In this document: positions 1 through 31,691 of the stretch, piece after piece
Layout of the letters: every line of letters begins with the position of its first letter
Position numbering within the stretch: the stretch's first letter is position 1
From: Amoebidium appalachense
Lineage: Eukaryota > Protista > Ichthyosporea
Assembly: GCA_963693365.1 (NCBI GenBank)
Contig: CAVNZM010000012.1
Span: forward strand, 6,522,889 to 6,586,888
Length of the DNA stretch: 64,000 nt
Direction: 5' to 3'
The notes under the pieces: generated by a model
Database searches by the model: none
What the model saw: the letters and a program-made list of their open reading frames with translations, nothing else
Told to the model about the DNA's origin: nothing
Translations under genes and position numbers: made by a program

Positions 1-110
1 TTGGGATATTGCACACCAGTGATGCCAATCCTCCTCCCCCTCCCCGCCCGCCCCCATTACCTCCACCCACTGACAACTCACCCCCGCGCACGCGCACACA
101 CACACACACA

Positions 111-176
<66 letters not shown>

Positions 177-283
177 CTCCCTCTATATTTATCTCTCTCT
201 ATCTCTTCTCTTTCACTAACAACCCCCCCCCCCCCCCCTCCCCCCCCCCCCCCCCCCCCCCCCTAACACACACGCACACACAG

Positions 284-7228
<6,945 letters not shown>

Positions 7229-8368
7229 GAGGTATTGTTGAATTCTGGCCAATGTCATGAAAATTTTTGACGCACCCACCAGGCACGCAGGCGACTATCG
7301 CGTGTTAGCGGACGTCAAAGCCATTCATTCATCTCTCAGATCGAGAGCCGTGGGGCAATCATGAACGTGCACCCATCGTGGCGAAGATTCGATTTTCTCT
7401 CTTTCTATTGGTTTTTATTGTTTTCATTTTTTGCCCGGCCTGTGTGTTTCTCAATGTGCAACTTGCAGTGTCTCTGATTTTTGGATGTGTGTGTGTGTGT
7501 GTGTGTGCGTGTGTGGGTGCGTGCTTGAGTGCGAAACCATCATTTGTTGATCTTGCCTACAGACATTCTCGATTCTCACTTCTCTTTTTGCAAAATTTGC
7601 ATCACTTATTCGTATGCTCAATACGTATGGAAGCCGTTTGTTAATGCGAGAATGAATAAACGAGTGGTAGTGAATCACATATGTGATAGAAATATGGATA
7701 AGTCTCCGAGAATAAGAAGGGAACGTTATACCCTAATCACAATTCTTGGCATTGTGCAATGTTCGGCAGTATTTTTTCAGATTAAAGAATCGTGTTTTAC
7801 ATAACTTCCTTAAGGAACATTCTGGGTATGTGTGGTATGACCTTAAAGGGGATGCGAAGTCGTCTATATTTTTGTAGAAAACATAAACGTTGAAAGAAGA
7901 AATTTTGAACCTGCATGTCCTTGACATTAGAGTTTTGTTGTTGGTCCTGGATTGACTTGGACTGTTACGGTAACCCGGTGCCGGGCACCAGGTGCATAAT
8001 CTTCCGCATATTCCGGTTTATATTCCGGTTCCTCTCAACCCTGCGCGAAAAAACTTCAAGGGCAATTTTGCAAAAACAAATTACCGTCCTAGTATTAGTA
8101 TATAAATTCGAATCCCCCCCCCCCCCCCCCGGGCCCCCCGCCCTTCCTCCTTCTCTACTTCATGAGGGCCTCCGCCCCCTCCCCTCCCACCTCTCTTTTG
8201 CCTCGTGACGACGTCTAGAATCGTCTTTTCCATTGCGAATGGAAGACTTGGCGCCCGTGGTTTTCAGTTTGATGCTAAGCCCACTCAGTTATTTTTCATC
8301 CACCTAGCTAATATTAATGTGTTGGGCCGGGCCTCCCAGGACTAGCTAGCCCCCGCCTCCTCCGTCTC

Positions 8369-8427
<59 letters not shown>

Positions 8428-8714
8428 ACACGCACACACACACACGTGCACAAACACACACACACACAGACATATATCCCACCCCCCTTCCGCGGCCCCG
8501 CGGCCCCGCCCACCCCCTTCAGCCAAATGTTTACTGCCCATGGCCAAATTACCATGGCCTTGGCCAAAACAAGAATACTATCGGAACTCACGAGCCCTAT
8601 CACTAATTTTACACCCTGGAGAAAGAGCATCTGTTAATTATGATTGGCTGATTCTGCACCACCCTCAGCACCACAAAAATTCTCGGATTTCAAGTGGGAC
8701 ACAGATTCTGAGCG

Positions 8715-8790
8715 ATTTCTCACACAGACAATTTCTCACACAGATTTCTCACACAGACAATTTCTCACACAGATCAATTTCTCACACAGA
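8715..8790. repeat. Five tandem copies of ATTTCTCACACAG(A)
   Basis: Copies start at 8715, 8731, 8744, 8760 and 8777. Confidence 0.9.
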
Positions 8791-9084
8791 TTAATTTTAA
8801 ATTCTCAAAACACCGAAGTATAGTCTATGGTCTAGTTATTTGGGACGCTATAGGGCAGTGTAGTCCATGTGTGTACCTGGGAGGTCATCCGACGTTCTAT
8901 AGGTCCCATGGATGCTCAGTAGGTACACGGTCCATGAGAGTTTACACCCGATTTTCAAAGTTTGTTGTGCACGACCAAGTACTTCATTTCAAGCTCGCTG
9001 TGATGAGATAAAGTTACATTGTGAGAGTAGTAGGGGGAAAAAACAAACAGCACCTAAATATAGACTTGGTAGGTACTTGCCACT

Positions 9085-9747
9085 ATGTGTGAAATCTACA
9101 GCACCGTAAACGACCTCAAAGGACGTTTTCGTGTCTCGAACAACTCCGAAGTGACACGCATCAGCTCATCCTTTGCCCAGAAAGCAGGGCTTCGAGTTCG
9201 ACCCATAAACAGGAATCTATACCGTGCCACATTTTCAGAGTCTGGGCCGTTTGTCACTGTTGATTCTTATATGGCATATGTTGATGGAGTAGCGGATAAT
9301 GTCCAGTTTTACATAGGAGAATGCTCCGTGGTTGTAAGTGCCGTAGTCTTATCAAACGAGTTCTTCAAATCCCCGACGCCGGATGGAATCATCGGGAATG
9401 ATATCCTCGAGGAGCTTTCTCCCTGGACTATCGGCCGTGGCGTTTTACGTTTTACAAAACAAAGGAAGTTTACTTTCGACGTATCCTTAATTAAGTTGGG
9501 TGACGGGGACCCAAGCTTTGTCCCTTTCATAACAAGACGGCAGCTACCCCAAAACGACGGGTACACTATGGAGCAGAAGGGATCATGTCGAACGTGTGGT
9601 GCCATGCTGCCGAGGTATCTGTGTTCGCGCTGTAAGCATCCTACGGTGAGGTATTGCAAGAAGGAATGTCAGGTGGCGGACTGGCAGAGGCACAAGAAGG
9701 AGGATATGTGCGTGGAGAGGGTAGCACAGACACGAGGAAAACCCTAG
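9085..9747 (+). CDS. Retropepsin-like (catalytically degenerate) domain plus C-terminal MYND zinc finger protein
   Basis: 220-aa non-repetitive ORF. CRTC..CSRC..YCKKECQVADWQRHKK...C is a MYND finger. The N-terminal FRVSNNSEVTRISSSFAQKAGL...DGIIGNDIL follows the retropepsin pattern but has SNN where DTG is expected. An upstream exon is possible (in-frame TAG at 9070-9072 could be an acceptor). Confidence 0.75.
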   Translation: MCEIYSTVNDLKGRFRVSNNSEVTRISSSFAQKAGLRVRPINRNLYRATFSESGPFVTVDSYMAYVDGVADNVQFYIGECSVVVSAVVLSNEFFKSPTPDGIIGNDILEELSPWTIGRGVLRFTKQRKFTFDVSLIKLGDGDPSFVPFITRRQLPQNDGYTMEQKGSCRTCGAMLPRYLCSRCKHPTVRYCKKECQVADWQRHKKEDMCVERVAQTRGKP

Positions 9748-10215
9748 CCTTTTCCACGCATTATGTGTGCTGCCTCTCGAGCGTCCGGTTCTTTAACCGT
9801 TCTCTTTCCTTAGTTGTATACCGTTTACCATGCGGTCCTCCTTCTCTTGCTTTCTCTTGTTCCCTCCCTACCATCCCTCCCACTCGCCCTCTCTCCCTCC
9901 CCCCCTCTCTCTCTGCCCCCTCCCCTCCCCCCCCCCCCCCCCCCCCCCGCCCCTCCTCCCCGCCCCCCTCCCTCCCACTCTCTCTCGCACTTTGCCCTCA
10001 GCCCCACCCACTCTTTCTTCTCTCTCTTTCTCTCTCTCCTACTCTCTCTCTCTCTCCGCTCCCCGCTCCCATTCCCCCTCCCCCCACCCCACCCGCTCTC
10101 TCTCACTCTCTCCATTTCCCCCACTCTCTCTCCCTCCTCGTCCCCTTTTGCCTGTTCTCTCACCGATCTCCCCCCCCCCTCCCCCCCCCCCCCTTCACAC
10201 ACACACACACACACA

Positions 10216-10278
<63 letters not shown>

Positions 10279-10969
10279 CCTCCCTCCCTCCCCAACTCCA
10301 TCTCCCTCTCTTCCCCCCTCCCCCTCTCTTTATCTCCGATGATCCCTCAATCTCTCTCTCTCTTTCTCTCGCTTGCTCTCTCTCTCCCGTTCTTTCTCTC
10401 TTTCTCTTTTCCCCCTTCCCCTTCCCCCCTCCCCCTCCCTTCCCGATCCCTCCCCTCCCCCCCCCCCCCCCTCCCCCTCCTACCGTAAAGAAGCCCCTCA
10501 ACGACTGCGCCCAACCCTTCTTCCCTGCTGTCACCCAGCCCCTCGCTTGAATGTCTTCCTTCCCTTCATCACTCTTTCTTTTCTCGTGAGGTCGCAAGGC
10601 CATGTGAACACTTAACGTTTTGAATGAGGATATATTTCAATGATAACTTGTGGTTAATTATTTTTTAAACTGGTAGAGTCTCTTTTGTTTCTCAAGAAAG
10701 CACAGTGAGTGTAATGGTTGTAATGGTTGATACCACAATTTGTGCAATCTGAAAAAGAAGAAATTTCGCAAGTGTGTGTAACTTCGGTTGTGGTACGTGA
10801 TGTGAGTAGGCAGTTGACAACCCCTCGTCAAAGATGTGGTCTTATGATCTGTATGGAACGAATTTGGTTTTGGCTCTCATTTTGGGTAGGCCGGGAAAAG
10901 GGAGACGGGTGAGCGGTTGGGTTGGTCTGTGTGTTATTGGTCTGGCGAAGATCCGGGTGACCAGGAGCC

Positions 10970-11000
<31 letters not shown>

Positions 11001-11273
11001 GATATAGTGCCAGCATGCATGCACTGGTGGTGCACATCGGTTGTGCATATTATGGACTCGAGTGCCTTCAAGGTGTACAAACATGAGCGTGCATTCCCGG
11101 AATTTCAGTCACGTGCATATGTGAGACGGTGTTTGTGTGTGTGTGTGTGTGCGCGCGCGCACACATGCAAGAAGTGTCTCAGTGAATCACATGGACACAA
11201 GGTTTTCATGTATGCATATCCATACTGTAACACGTACATTGGTGTTTTTGTTTTTGTTTTTTTCCCGGGGAGG

Positions 11274-11317
<44 letters not shown>

Positions 11318-11624
11318 AAAATTTGCGTGTTTGTTGGTGGATTCCTCGGAAGCACAAGGCGGCCGTGACCTACATAACGCTAATCAAACGCATAGATGCC
11401 CTTCCAACAAGTTCGTCGTGCATGGCTCCACCAATCGCCACAGACGTCCACGAAAAATGATTGACCATGATCTGTGGACATTTGATCCCCGTTTGCTTGA
11501 CCAGCGTCGACGCGTTCACGGAGTCCGTACGTGTACGCGTGCCATGGTTTTTCAACGGTACGTTTGTGCCTGCAGTGCACTTTATATTTTGCGCCCACTC
11601 AGCGCGCCCCGGCGCCGGCCTTCC

Positions 11625-11673
<49 letters not shown>

Positions 11674-12717
11674 ACACACACACACGTGTACACCCACACC
11701 CCACCTCCCTCCTCAGAGTGTGCTGATCATCCGGACCGGAGATTCTGTCGAAGCTCTCGAGGAAATATATTCATGGCACTTTTCTCGAAGGACTTGGGCT
11801 GCCACGGTCGTCTTTTTCTGTCATTGCCAAGGACGAACTGGCATTCTTCAATTGAACATGTTGCTTTGAAACATTCAATGTAGTTCCTACCCTGTACAGT
11901 ACAGTCAGTCACAGCTACCAAAGTATCAAATTGTATTTGTGAATTTGATTGGCTACATGCGCACCACGAAAAATCCTTCCTTTTCCCAGCTGGAGCTGAC
12001 CTCGTGCATCTGCTGTACTGTACAAGCAGCATCAGTTTTTTGGGATTATTTGAGTATGTATGTTATTCGAGAATAGTACGATGACCGCCTGCCTTCTGTT
12101 GCAGAGTCCATTCTCGTAGTGTGCTGGAGGGAATGGAATTGATGGATATCCCTTTTTGCACCGCTCAAATAAAAATGATGAGATCTAATGTAGATCCTCC
12201 AATAGTCAGTCGCCCTTGAAAATACTGTGGTCTGTCAGACTCCGTCTGTCGCTGAAGTTTTTTTCGACAACTTGTATACTTTTTTTGAGAAAAAAGAAAT
12301 AAAACCAGTTCATTATTATACATTTAACTTCTGTAGGACCACTGCATATGTAATATCTTTTTTCGGGCTGTCAATACGGGCTGCCATATTATCATAACCA
12401 GAGGTATACTATGCAGCAACAACCCCACAAATGTAAACACTTGAAACACCAACTTGGCAATTAAGGGCATGCCTTCGCGGACCGACAGCGGTGCCTGCCT
12501 AACAGGTGTATGGAGTTTGAACTGACTCAGTTTCACGGCTAAAACTTAACTATTCCGTAATTTTATTTCTTCTTCACCCCACAGTCTTCACCCGGCAACA
12601 TAACACCCAGTATTGACGGCGGCGGCGGCGGCGGCGCGTCACTGATACAAAGCCTGAACCCGAAACTATTGGTTTTATATCACACATTATATGTTACCGT
12701 TAATGCTTTCGGCCTTT

Positions 12718-12725
12718 GATTGGCT
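12718..12725 (-). promoter_or_regulatory. CCAAT box (GATTGGCT on +) about 240 bp upstream of the deacetylase ATG
   Basis: Matches the NF-Y consensus at a plausible position, but the motif also recurs elsewhere in the window. Confidence 0.3.
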
Positions 12726-12961
12726 GCATTACGTGTCAGGCCACCAGCCTTCAGGCATCGGCTTGCATCTGCAAACGCGCCCTTTCATTACCCTTACAAC
12801 TTCTCTTTTCAAGTTTGGGTAGTTCCGCCTAAGCGAAAAAACAACAGAACAACAAGAACTTGGTAAACTTTTAGAAGTGTATCACTCCCAAAATCTAAAG
12901 GCACAGCTAGAACTGTCTTGCACATGCAGTGAACACCTCGGTGTCACACGTACAGGAGAAA

Positions 12962-19695
<6,734 letters not shown>

Positions 19696-20068
19696 TATCT
19701 TACTTTTTCATTTCCTAATTTCCTAGGCCGAAAAATGAGCCTGTGAAATTGCAGCGGCCAGTCCATAGAGCATGTATTACCAATGGTATATGTACAGTAT
19801 CTGATAGCTAGAGTTGATATTTGGTTGCTCGGTTTGATTTCTGGATGAAGATGTCTATCTTAGCTGTTGCGAAGAGAGATATTTAAACTTTGGCAGCAAC
19901 ATGCGCTGAGGGAAGAAGAGCTGGAGAGGGGGGGGGAGGAGGGGGGAGGAGGGAGGGGGGGGGGTTGCTCTCAAAGGAAAAATGTGCCACAAACTTAAAG
20001 TGTGTAGCCTTGTATTGACTGTACGGATGATGCAGGGATAGTATGTGTGTGTGTCGGTGTGTGTGTGT

Positions 20069-20099
<31 letters not shown>

Positions 20100-20554
20100 G
20101 CTGGAGCATGCAGCAAAATAGTATGGGCTGTGGATTACCGAACCAAAATTGCACAATATATCAATACATTGATGTGTCTCTCCTAACTTAAAGCCTCTCA
20201 TGGGAGGATTTACTTTTTAAAATTGCCTTTTTATGGCAACTCAAGCTTTTCTACTACTCAAAGTAATGATATTAAGGGTTGATACAACGATTTGCCAGGT
20301 ATACGTTTAGTCTTATAAAGGAGGCTATTCTTCGAAAGGCAGATTTCATCATAAAACCATAGGTGATATAGTAAGTGGTATAGTGATATAGTAAGTGAGG
20401 TCTCGAAGATTTCTGCCATTATCGTTAAGTACTACATAGTTTACAGTTCATCTTTTAAAAAATTGCCGTCAATAAACTTTCACAACCGCACTACATTATT
20501 TTGGCACGCCAGGCTGCTTCCAGTTTTAGGGGATACAAAAGTGTCACCGATTAT

Positions 20555-20612
<58 letters not shown>

Positions 20613-20860
20613 AAAAAAACAAAAACAAAAAAAACTGAGCATATGCCAAGCTGTGTTTTGCACGTGTAAGACCTCAGTTAGGAAAGCAAAAACTCATGCT
20701 TCAAAATCGATTCGCAATGAATACGCCACAACCATATCTTGATACTCTCAAATACGCAAGAAGCCCCCCCCTCCCTCCCCCCTCCCCCTCCTTCTTTTCT
20801 CTATTATAAATTAGCCCTCCCCCCTCCCCCCCCCCCTCCCCTCCCCCCCCCCTCCCCCTC

Positions 20861-20891
<31 letters not shown>

Positions 20892-21112
20892 AAAAAAAAA
20901 AAGAAAGAAAAAAAAAGAAAAGAAAAAAAGAAAGAGAGAAAAGAAAGAAGGAAAACGGAAAATAGCGAAATCTTTTAGAGAAAATAAAGGATGTTCAAAG
21001 AAAGACAGAAAAACTCGGAGCCATAGTGTTTCCGGTTAAAACGCTAAAAAACGAGAAGATGAAAAAAAAGGTCGCACAATATCAACACTATGGGCCATGT
21101 CCATCAACATAT

Positions 21113-21617
21113 TTACTCATCGTCGGTGCCATACAACGCATCCAAAGCCCCCACCTCCTCCTCCGTCAGTACCTTTCTCCTCGTGACATAACCCCTCACC
21201 TTCCTCCATTCGCCAAAAGTTACGTAGAAGCACACCGTCTCCCCCTCCCTTCTGGCAATTTCCGCCAGCTCCACGTGCGCTGGCAGCCCGTACAAAAACT
21301 GAAGCTCAAAGTTTAACCCCTGCACCTCCAAAGAACGGAAAAGGGACTTATCCCCAGTGGCGACCGCGGGGAACATCCCAGCTTCGGCGGCCGCGACGAC
21401 AACCGACGTGAAACTCGCTTGGATTTCGTCGGGGGTGGTGTATTTGTGGGGGCTCACTCTCTCGTTGTATGCGCGGCCCTTCACGGCGCGCACACTCCCA
21501 CCGAGGGAAATGATCTCTTTGGTGAGCTGTGTGGGGGAAGAGAGGTGAAAGGAGAAAGGGTTAAAGACTAAAGTGCAAGAGGGGAGGTGGTGATGGAATC
21601 CGTTTTCTTTTTTTTTT

Positions 21618-21648
<31 letters not shown>

Positions 21649-21993
21649 GGGGGGAAGGGAAGGGTGGGGTGGGGGGGGGGGGACTGACACCCAATTCTAT
21701 GCTGCAATGAGACAGATGAAAGGTTGTTTACATAGCCTGCATATATGTACAAACCCGATGTGGCTATCCCTTTTTCTGCCTTTTCTTCCTTATTTAGGGT
21801 ATGTATCGTCTGATTGCTTCCCTTAGGGGGAGAAGGGAATGGCGGGGGGTCATAGTGTTTTTAGATTCCTTCGGGGGCTGTGTGTGTGTTTGTTCAATTT
21901 TTTTCCTGCTTTTTTTTTTTTTTTTTTTTTTTTTGGTTTGTGAGGGGGGGGGGGGGGGCAGGCTGGAATTTGAGGGGGTTGAGAGGGGGGAGA

Positions 21994-22025
<32 letters not shown>

Positions 22026-22707
22026 TGGGATTTAGGGGAGAGGAGTGGAAGTGGGAAGGAGGGGCGGGTGAGTGGGGGGGGGGGGGGGGGGGGGGGGGTT
22101 CTGGAGCAAAAATTACCTGAAGTGCATCTCTGTACTCGCACTGCATCGCAATCCTTAGGGGTGTGCCGTGCACAGCCAGCCCGGCACCTATCCTATCCTC
22201 TGCCTTGTGCCCCATATCCCTCAGGATCTCCTTGAACACTTCAATCGTCACAAGACGTGTCTCCTCCATCTCCGTGTCTACTTCCACATGATATCCCATT
22301 GCGTTCGCGGCAGAAACTATTTTGTACAAGTTCTTGCGGAAAAGACAAACATCAACCATAAGACCCAGTTGTGTTGGCTTGACACTTATCCCCCCCTCAA
22401 CCCCTGCCCTCGCCATCAAATCCAACAACTGAAGGTACTCCCATGTTGCAACCTGTGCGCGGGAGGAGTTTGTGTAGTGCTCACCGCCCAAATTCAAGAG
22501 AACGTCGCTGTTTTGTCCGTTCAGAATCAGTGCCGTTTTGATTGCTTCCTCTACGCTCAAGCCACCCATAAGTTGCTTTAGTTTTCTGTGTGCGGACATG
22601 AGCACGTTGGTGTCGGTGGTGGTGTTGTCTGGTTGTGCATTTGGCAGGTTTCCAAGGGGACCTGGTGGTACGTCTGCAGGTCCAGAAAGCATTCGGACTT
22701 GTGCCAT
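21113..22707 (-). CDS. Proline dehydrogenase, short monofunctional (bacterial-type) FAD barrel
   Basis: Exons 22707-22117 and 21526-21113 with a GT-AG phase-0 intron. Motifs LGGE, ISVKPTQLGL, VDTE, RAVKGRAYNE, AVATGD, ELQFLYG, FYVTFG, GYVTRR correspond to PRODH motifs S(V/L)KxxQLG, IDME, RLVKGAY, ATHD, EFQxLYG, YVPYG, YxxRR. Confidence 0.85.
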
Positions 22708-24477
22708 GATGAAACTTTGGCAAAGCAAGGGTGCTCTGTAGAGTTTATTTGTGTATTTATATGATACTATTTATTTGCCACCGTCTTCGCGGTGAAAAAA
22801 TACGTGTTTATTATGGAAGCAAGAGCTACACAGTGCAATGTGTGTCGCGTTGTTTTTTGATCTTTTACCATCATGTACCATGTACGTAACGTTCCACAGT
22901 GTCTAAAATTTAAGCTATGTTCTCAGCCTGCAAGAGTATTCTTCTGTATATCGGCAAGTGTGCATTACCGTTAAACACATAGTAAGTTGACAATGTGACA
23001 GCCGAAACAGTACATGCGAGGTCTTTTATCTTTCTTCTCTCAGTTCCCCCGTCACACGCTCAGTTTGCTCACATGAGAGTGTGTGTGTCGTCGCGGTTTC
23101 GGAACAGGTCCGGACAGGCAGCACTGGCACGTGCCCAACCAAGCCATGGTCTGTGATCGATTGGATATCATATACTTATTATGTCTCCAAAACGCATAAA
23201 TACTTAACCAAACTAGTGTGCGCTAGTTCTTATGGATGTATTAGGCCATTTAGGTTGGTTTATATCATACAGAGAGACCTATGTTTACACTGTTTAGTAG
23301 TAGAAGCCGGCGGAACGTTCGCGCCTGTAATGACGACACCTTGACGACTGCTCACTTCGTCACGAGTAAGGGCTTAGGTAAGGGCTGTCAGGTGCTTGAA
23401 TCTTATTGGCTAACAATCCGACACACAGCACAGTGGCCAATGACTCATTAGATCTGCATACCAGAGTGATAAAACTATCCAATTATAACCTGGATCCAAT
23501 CTTGCCGTGTAAGTGTTGCTGTGGATGACAATTTAGATGGACTAAAGTTTTGGGTCTCTGGAGTGAAAAAGGGGGAAAGAAGAGCTCTTATTATAATATT
23601 TTTTCAGTGACCGTGACAATTTCACACATAACCCATTTATAATTCAACTAATAATTAATTTATCGCTGTTTTTGTTTTCCGAGCTTCTGGAAGTCGCGCG
23701 GCTGATGATCTAGATCCACTTAGATTCCTCGCATGCCTGTGTGAACATGCTTCGTGCCTGTGTCGACACCTGTATGATCGTGAGGCGGAAATAGGCATAT
23801 ACATGTATTGCCTTTTTAGGCCGGTAAACACCATTAACTATTCTTATCCTCAAGAAAGATAACATTCAAGTTTGGCTGAAATATGTATTAGAACATGTTT
23901 AACAGGGAAAAATGATATAGGTAGCTCTGGTGTGCTGCATTGCAGGGTGCTTAGTGGGACTCTGGGAGCAGCCATAACATTCCTCTGCTGATAGCGCGTT
24001 TTATTACCACCAATCAATGCATCGCAACTCTGTACTCATAGCTAATCACATCATACGATCTGCCAAAGAATGCAACGATCTATTGACTCTCGCTGGAGTC
24101 ATGTTTGTTAACGTTTCAGTCCTGCCACTGGGTTTCCCTTGCCCACGGCACAATAACAGGAATTGCCAATGGCAGGACGGTCCAATTTCACGAAACCACG
24201 CACCGTCACGGGGAGAAAAGATCAGCTAATTTTAGTCCTATTATAGCTGGGCGTTTGGCAGTGCCTATATTTGCGGTCCTTCGCCCATTGTACCACACAC
24301 GCACACCTACAGGGTCACAGAAGTTTCGTCCTTGTGAAGGGTGTGTGAGGCGAAGTTGCATACACGGTGTTAGGTCCGAGTCCCGCGAGTCTAATACATT
24401 GCTTACATCCTACCGCACAGTCGCCTCTACACACAAGCAAACGCTCTCAGTTGCAATTGAATACTTCATACATAAAC

Positions 24478-28457
<3,980 letters not shown>

Positions 28458-28503
28458 TTCCGACCACCTACCATGTGAGATACATGCTGTCGTTCTTGCT
28501 TTT

Positions 28504-28536
<33 letters not shown>

Positions 28537-30356
28537 ACCCTCACTCTTCACCCAATTTTGGTGCCGGCGCCCGCATATGCACACACACCCACACACAAAA
28601 GCATACAAACAAGACACACGCGTGCGCACACACACACACACGCCGCATACCTACATACAAGCACACACACACGCGCGCGCGCGCGTGCGGGCACACACCA
28701 CACTGGCAGCCAAACTTAATGCACACATCCTGACTATACTTTAACAGTATCAGTAATTATAAAACTAAAATGAGATCTTAAAGTTTCTACCTTAATGCTT
28801 TCGTAGTACCAGAGATCCCCGGATCTTTTACAGCCATTGTCACATAAGACACCATCCCCCAAGTGTCGAAAATCAGGAGTGAGGGGGGATCTGCAGCAAA
28901 TTTCGATGTCGATATCTGATGTCCGAGTATCTGAACAATGTACATAGTTTGTGCAGGAGGGTTAGATTTAACTTAATGCTGGAAATAACGCTAAGGAATG
29001 TTGTCTGACTCGTTAAACATGTTTCACAATGTTTCTCTACAAGTTCATTTTTATTGTAATTGTTTTGGCGTGCCCGAGAGTAGTTATTGCAATAGTTTGT
29101 GAATCATCTTATATCTGGTGGGATATCTGTGATATCTCCTTTCACGGCCTCGATTTCCAAAGAGGGCCTCAATAGTCTTAATAAGATAAAAAGTTGGAAT
29201 TCATGCATATATGCTTAACATACCAAGGGTTTTGCCTCTTCTTTCCTTTCACATTCTCTGAATTCCCCACCGTCACACACGGCAAACTATTATTCACTAA
29301 GCATTATGCTTTGGGCTCTATAACTCCCCTCCCCTCCCCCCCTCCTCCCACTCCTCCGCGTCCACCCCATGCCACGTCTCCTCCCAACCACCACTACCAC
29401 CACCGTCCTCGTCTCAATCCCCCCCCCCCCCCCCCTCCTTCCCCCCCCCCCCCCCCCCCCCCCAAAAAATTCGGAAAAGAAACAAAAGAAAAGAAAACTT
29501 TAAAACAAAGATATAAATGATGCTCTACCGTAGGCTCAACTCAGAACCTCCTCCCCCCCCTCCCCCCCCCCCCCCCCCCCCCCCCCCCACACACACACAC
29601 AAACACAAGCATACACAGACACAAGCACACACACACACACACACAAACACACACACGCACACAAACACACGCGCGCTCGCGCGAACATTAAGACACATAC
29701 ACACACACATATACATACCTACACATCCATTCACACATACACAGACTACACACTCAAGTAATGGGCACCTACAACCTTGTTGTGCACCGTGCTCTGGCTG
29801 CCTGCCGAAAATGGCAGTAATGACGTCACCGCAAACAATAATATTAATGTGTTGTTGTGGGCATGGCCGTAGGTGTTCTTGGGATCATTGGGGCGGTGGT
29901 TGAGTTCCGCAGGGTGAGGGGTGAAGACAGATATCAGTCTATGGTTTAGATGGCATCAGACACCACCTTTAAGATTTCAAAGTTGCGGTTTTATGTAGCT
30001 TATCATGCTTTTTAAAGTGTTAAGCTTTGCATATAGTCTGGTTTTTGTTTATTTTTAGTATGGAGCAGCAGAAACGGCTGTTTGTAGTTCCACACATGGG
30101 TACCCTGGTGGACCCTCTGCATATTAGTTTTATAAAATAGCGCAAAATCAATCGAAAATTTTGATTGGCTAGAAAAATAAAACTATTTCCAAGAAAATGG
30201 AAGAAAGCCTCTGCATCGACCTTTCACAGGTGTTAATTCTGTTCGGGCTCAAATTTCAGCAGTACCACATGATGAGCGAAACAACTAGCATCCATACGAA
30301 TCCTTACCCCCTCCCCCCTCCCCCCCCCCCCCTCCCCCTCCCTCTCTATTGGCGTT

Positions 30357-30473
<117 letters not shown>

Positions 30474-30479
30474 TCTCTT

Positions 30480-30510
<31 letters not shown>

Positions 30511-30712
30511 CTCTGTCTGTGTATCTGTCTCTCCGTCTCTCTCTCTCGCTCCCCCCTCCCTCCCTGCCTCCCCTCCCCCGTTCGGACATCCCGTTACTTT
30601 TTATATTACTCGCGCATTGGCAAACCCCACTAACATGTAAGCTGGTCTCCTTCCTCCCGTCGCTGCTCATCCCCACCTCAACATTACATAATTAAACGGT
30701 TGCATGCACACA

Positions 30713-30796
<84 letters not shown>

Positions 30797-31660
30797 GACG
30801 TAGGTTGGTGCACTCTCTCCCTCCCTCCCTCTCTCCTTCTCTTCCTCTGATATGTAGATGCGCACATACGCTTGTTACCAGATTTTGCATTCCTGCTTGT
30901 TGCGGTAGCATACCTTTGTGGTCACGGTCTATTACAAGAATGCATGACCTACATGCATAGATTCGGTTCCTTTCGTGCACAGCACTTGGTTGATTACTCA
31001 ATAGGTTTGTCTTGTCATACGGTTTCGATATTACACTCGGTTTGTCTCTACTTATCTTGTTTTGCTGTGCTATCTCTGTTGTATACGTATGGTATCGGTC
31101 TTGTGTTACTTCGCTCGTAGTTTATGCAGATTGTCTTTGTTGTCAACTCCTTAATTGGTTATACATAAAAACGAGGCAAGTCTATTGGTTGGAAAAGGCT
31201 TTACAATATCATTGGCAAATACGTGGTGTAATTTTGCTAATTCTATTGGCTGTCCGGCTACAGCCCAATTCCTATTGGCGGACGCGGCGACCAGGTGACG
31301 GGACGGTCTGGGCGGTATATAAGCACAGTACCCGCAGTATTGCGGGGCATGTTGTGTACGGTGTGGCACACGTGGAGTCCCTCACGCTGGATTAAACTAA
31401 TTCAACCCGTGTCTGTCCCACCTGTTATGTTCTGTCTAAGAACCCACTCTCTTTGAATTCCATAAGTCCGAATGCATTCACTCCACACTTAGACAGAACT
31501 TAACACCCACTTACCCCCCCCCCTCCCCCCCCCCCCCCCCCCCCCCCCCGCCCCCCCCTCCCCCCGGCTTGTGTGCTAGGAAACCATTGACAATACCAAG
31601 TACCAAACTTTGAACCAAATTTAATTTTAGTCCCCTCCTAACCCCCTCCCCCCATCCCCA

Positions 31661-31691
<31 letters not shown>

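Noticed and set aside
8715-8790. CRISPR-like array
   Set aside because: Units are adjacent with 0-4 nt between them and no unique spacers; eukaryotic context.
11335-11620. Coding-looking GC-balanced stretch
   Set aside because: No recognisable domain, a stop in one candidate frame, and no consistent exon partners.
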